From Macrostomum lignano (Eukaryota), in contig NIVC01001300.1 of NCBI GenBank assembly GCA_002269645.1, positions 186,001-250,000 on the forward strand: a stretch of 64,000 bases of DNA. Direction: 5' to 3'. Numbering within the stretch: the stretch's first letter is position 1; every line of letters begins with the position of its first letter. The notes under the pieces were generated by a model. The model did not search any database. It had not been told where the DNA came from and saw only the letters and a program-made list of their open reading frames with translations. Shown here piece by piece: positions 61,601-64,000 of this stretch. The position numbers and the translations under genes are program-made.

Positions 61601-62825
61601 TTGAGATTGCGACTGTGAGTGTCTCAGTTGTGTCTGTGTGAGTGTCTCAGTTTGTGTCTGTGTGAGTGTCTCAGTCAGTTTGTGTCTATGTGAGTGTCTC
61701 AGTTTGTGTCTATGTGTGAGTGTCTCAGTTTGTGTCTGTGTGAGTGTCTCAGTTTGTGTCTATGTGTGTGTGTCTCAGTTTGTGTCCGTGTGAGTGTCTC
61801 AGTTTGTGTCTATGTGTGAGTGTCTCAGTTTGTGTCTATGTGTGTGTGTCTCAGTTTGTGTCCGTGTGAGTGTCTCAGTTTGTGTCTATGTGAGTGTCTC
61901 AGTTTGTGTCTATGTGTGAGTGTCTCAGTTTGTGTCTGTGTGAGTGTCTCAGTTTCTGTCCGTGTGAGTGTGTCTCAGTTTCTGTCTGTGTGAGTGTCTC
62001 AGTTTGTGTCTGTGTGAGTGTGTCTCAGTTTCTGTCTGTGTGAGTGTCTCAGTTTGTGTCTGTGTGAGTGTCTCAGTTTGTGTCTGTGTGAGTGTCTCAG
62101 TTTGTGTCTATGTGTGTGTGTCTCAGTTTGTGTCCGTGTGAGTGTCTCAGTTTGTGTCTATGTGTGTGTGTCTCAGTTTGTGTCCGTGTGAGTGTCTCAG
62201 TTTGTGTCTATGTGTGAGTGTCTCAGTTTGTGTCTATGTGTGTGTGTCTCAGTTTGTGTCTGTGTGAGTGTCTCAGTTTGTTTTTGTCTGTGTGAGTGTC
62301 CCAGTTTGTGTCTGAGTGTGTGTCCCAGTCTGTGTCCGTGTGAGTGTCTCAGTTTGTGTCTTCAAGTATTTTGTGTATTTGAATATGGCCTAAGCTGATT
62401 GCGTACCGACTTTCTATTACGCAATTCTCAGAAAAAGCCGCCAGCAAAGCCGCCAAAGCCGGGGTCGAAGAAAAAGCAGCAACAACAACCGCCGGCTTTG
62501 CCAATTCGAAACAAAAAACCACTGCAGACTACTGTAAGTATTTAAGTTATGAACTTACTATTATATATTTATATAATCAGTTTAATGCACGTTAATCCTA
62601 CAGAAAAGTGTATTTATCAATTTTCATAGTAAGGCGTTTTCACAATTCTTTGAATTCCAGTCGCCTGGCACAAGTGAAGAGTCGGAGACTGTATATGACA
62701 CCATTGAGAATGACAGCTCAGTACCAGCCCAACAGCCGCAGCCGCTGGGACAGCAGCAACAAACCAACGCTGCATTGCCTACCAAGATTGATGTGAACAG
62801 TTTCGCAAAACTTGAAAAATTTTAA
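55682..62825 (+). CDS. Gene F: 5 EGF + truncated Crumbs-type EGF + TM + about 307-aa Tyr/Pro-rich tail
   Basis: Exons 55682-55808 (signal), 55946-56218, 56315-56507, 57011-57339, 59256-59368 (TM), 59468-59521, 60076-60279, 60998-61045, 61141-61227, about 61310-61573, 62432-62533, 62661-62825 (ends AKLEKF*); phases consistent; the 193-bp exon matches exon 3 of A, B and C in length. Confidence 0.8.
56540..56606 (+). mobile_element. tRNA-like head, probably SINE-derived
   Basis: A-box-like tagcggtctagcgc and B-box-like ggctcgattcc at tRNA-like spacing; acceptor stem poor. Confidence 0.35.
57370..58145. mobile_element. MITE-like element containing a 23-24-bp minisatellite (ggcgccataatatacactagag)
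   Basis: Array at about 57430-58040 is clear; imperfect TIR CAGAGGCGGATTCAG / CAGTGGTGGATTTCAG; TSD not seen. Confidence 0.6.
59625..59985. repeat. 15-bp minisatellite (ggcgcccctggtgct / aaagcccctggtgct)
   Basis: Tandem array in a tail intron of gene F. Confidence 0.95.
61610..62360. repeat. GT-rich 22-26-bp minisatellite (gtgtgagtgtctcagtttgtgtct)
   Basis: Tandem array in a tail intron of gene F. Confidence 0.95.
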
Positions 62826-64000
62826 CAAAGACTTCTAGACGTGACAATACATGTACGATTATGCGAAAGTTGACTGTGCATTTTTAATCTAGATTCGAGA
62901 CATAATGTACAGAATTACCCTGACTTGGCTATCACAACAATCTCCTTTAACAAGTTCAGTAGTTTAAAACGATAAACAGCAAAAACACAAAACTTCACAA
63001 ACTTATTATTTTGCATATTTACTCGTAGTAGCTATGCACCCCAGCCCTCCACGCACTTCTACCCAGCTCACCTCCTCCCCGATGCCGAAGCGCTGGCCTT
63101 GCATGGACCCCTGCATGGCCTGAAGTCCAGGAATATGGTCCCCGATACGGAAGAATTCCCGAACCCATGACTTGATGTTTGTGTCTTGAAAAATTGCCTT
63201 GTGGTGTAATTTGAAGTCAGCCATTGGGTGTTGTAGAAAAGTCTTCTCTACACGGACAGAAAATGACTTGGGTAGCTATGCCAAGCTATGCTTCAATACA
63301 CAGAACTTTTTAAACAACGAGAAATATTATAAAATCGATTAACGAAATCAATGCGAATTTTCGGTAAATTTACTTACTTGTTTATCTGTGATATTTTATC
63401 TAATTTATCTTCGTCAACCGAACGTAGTCATAGTGTCACTTAGTCACGCGACACATACAAGTACATATCGGAGAGTTGTTTGTGCTGAAACAAAAAATTA
63501 CTTGTTTTTAAGCAAATTTAAAATATTCTGCTTTTCATCTAAATGTGTATTCCTTAGATACCTAACATTAATTGTATATAGCATATTTTAAACGAAATAT
63601 TTAAATTTTTGTTAAAATAATTTGAACACCTCGTATTTTAAGCTCTGTTATTTTTTGTTCTTTGTTGAATTGTTGTTATAGGGTTACTTATACTAGTGTA
63701 ATACGTGTAAAGCGGCCTTAAATTTTTAGATTAGAAGTATTAGTGTTGCGCTTCTAATACTACTTATCAGATTAGCCTCATTAATTTTTATTATGAGAGC
63801 TCTTATAAGAAGTTTATTGCTATAAGGCAAATTTATTTAATTATTCCAGCTACCAGTACAATGTGAGCAGGGACTCACAGCTAGCAACCATCAGACCGCA
63901 AGCCGTCAAGCCAATGAAAAAGGTCATATGATATTAAAGAGATCGTTTTTGTATTTAAACGTCATGTGGCACCTGCTGGTTTTATCAACTGTGTTGCTTG

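Noticed and set aside
341-62360. Tandem arrays as CRISPR
   Set aside because: No unique spacers, no cas genes, eukaryotic context.
63006-63255. Minus-strand ORF as exon of a convergent gene
   Set aside because: Splice-like signals exist but there is no recognisable homology or partner exon in the window.

Overview
Intron-rich animal DNA (GT-AG introns, invertebrate-type transposons; taxon not determinable from sequence alone). All gene models were spliced by hand and have no transcript support. The main content is a tandem, same-strand (+) cluster of five related EGF-repeat genes, called A (2519-13615), B (19488-22844), C (24271-40832), E (45274-49802) and F (55682-62825). The ectodomains of A, C and F carry a Crumbs-type insert-bearing EGF, and A and C also carry laminin-G-like domains. 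Ectodomain size runs from 1 to about 17 EGFs. A, C, E and F end in a TM helix and a tyrosine-motif-rich tail instead of the short Crumbs ERLI tail. B is truncated, lacks a TM, and looks like a C/A hybrid. Mobile elements: an apparently intact THAP/P-type transposon inside a Crypton-like remnant, a defective Ty3/gypsy LTR element in an intron of C, an internally deleted Ginger-like element nested in a LINE 3' end, further LINE fragments and MITE-like elements. Many minisatellites produce most of the long ORFs in the track; these are not treated as genes.
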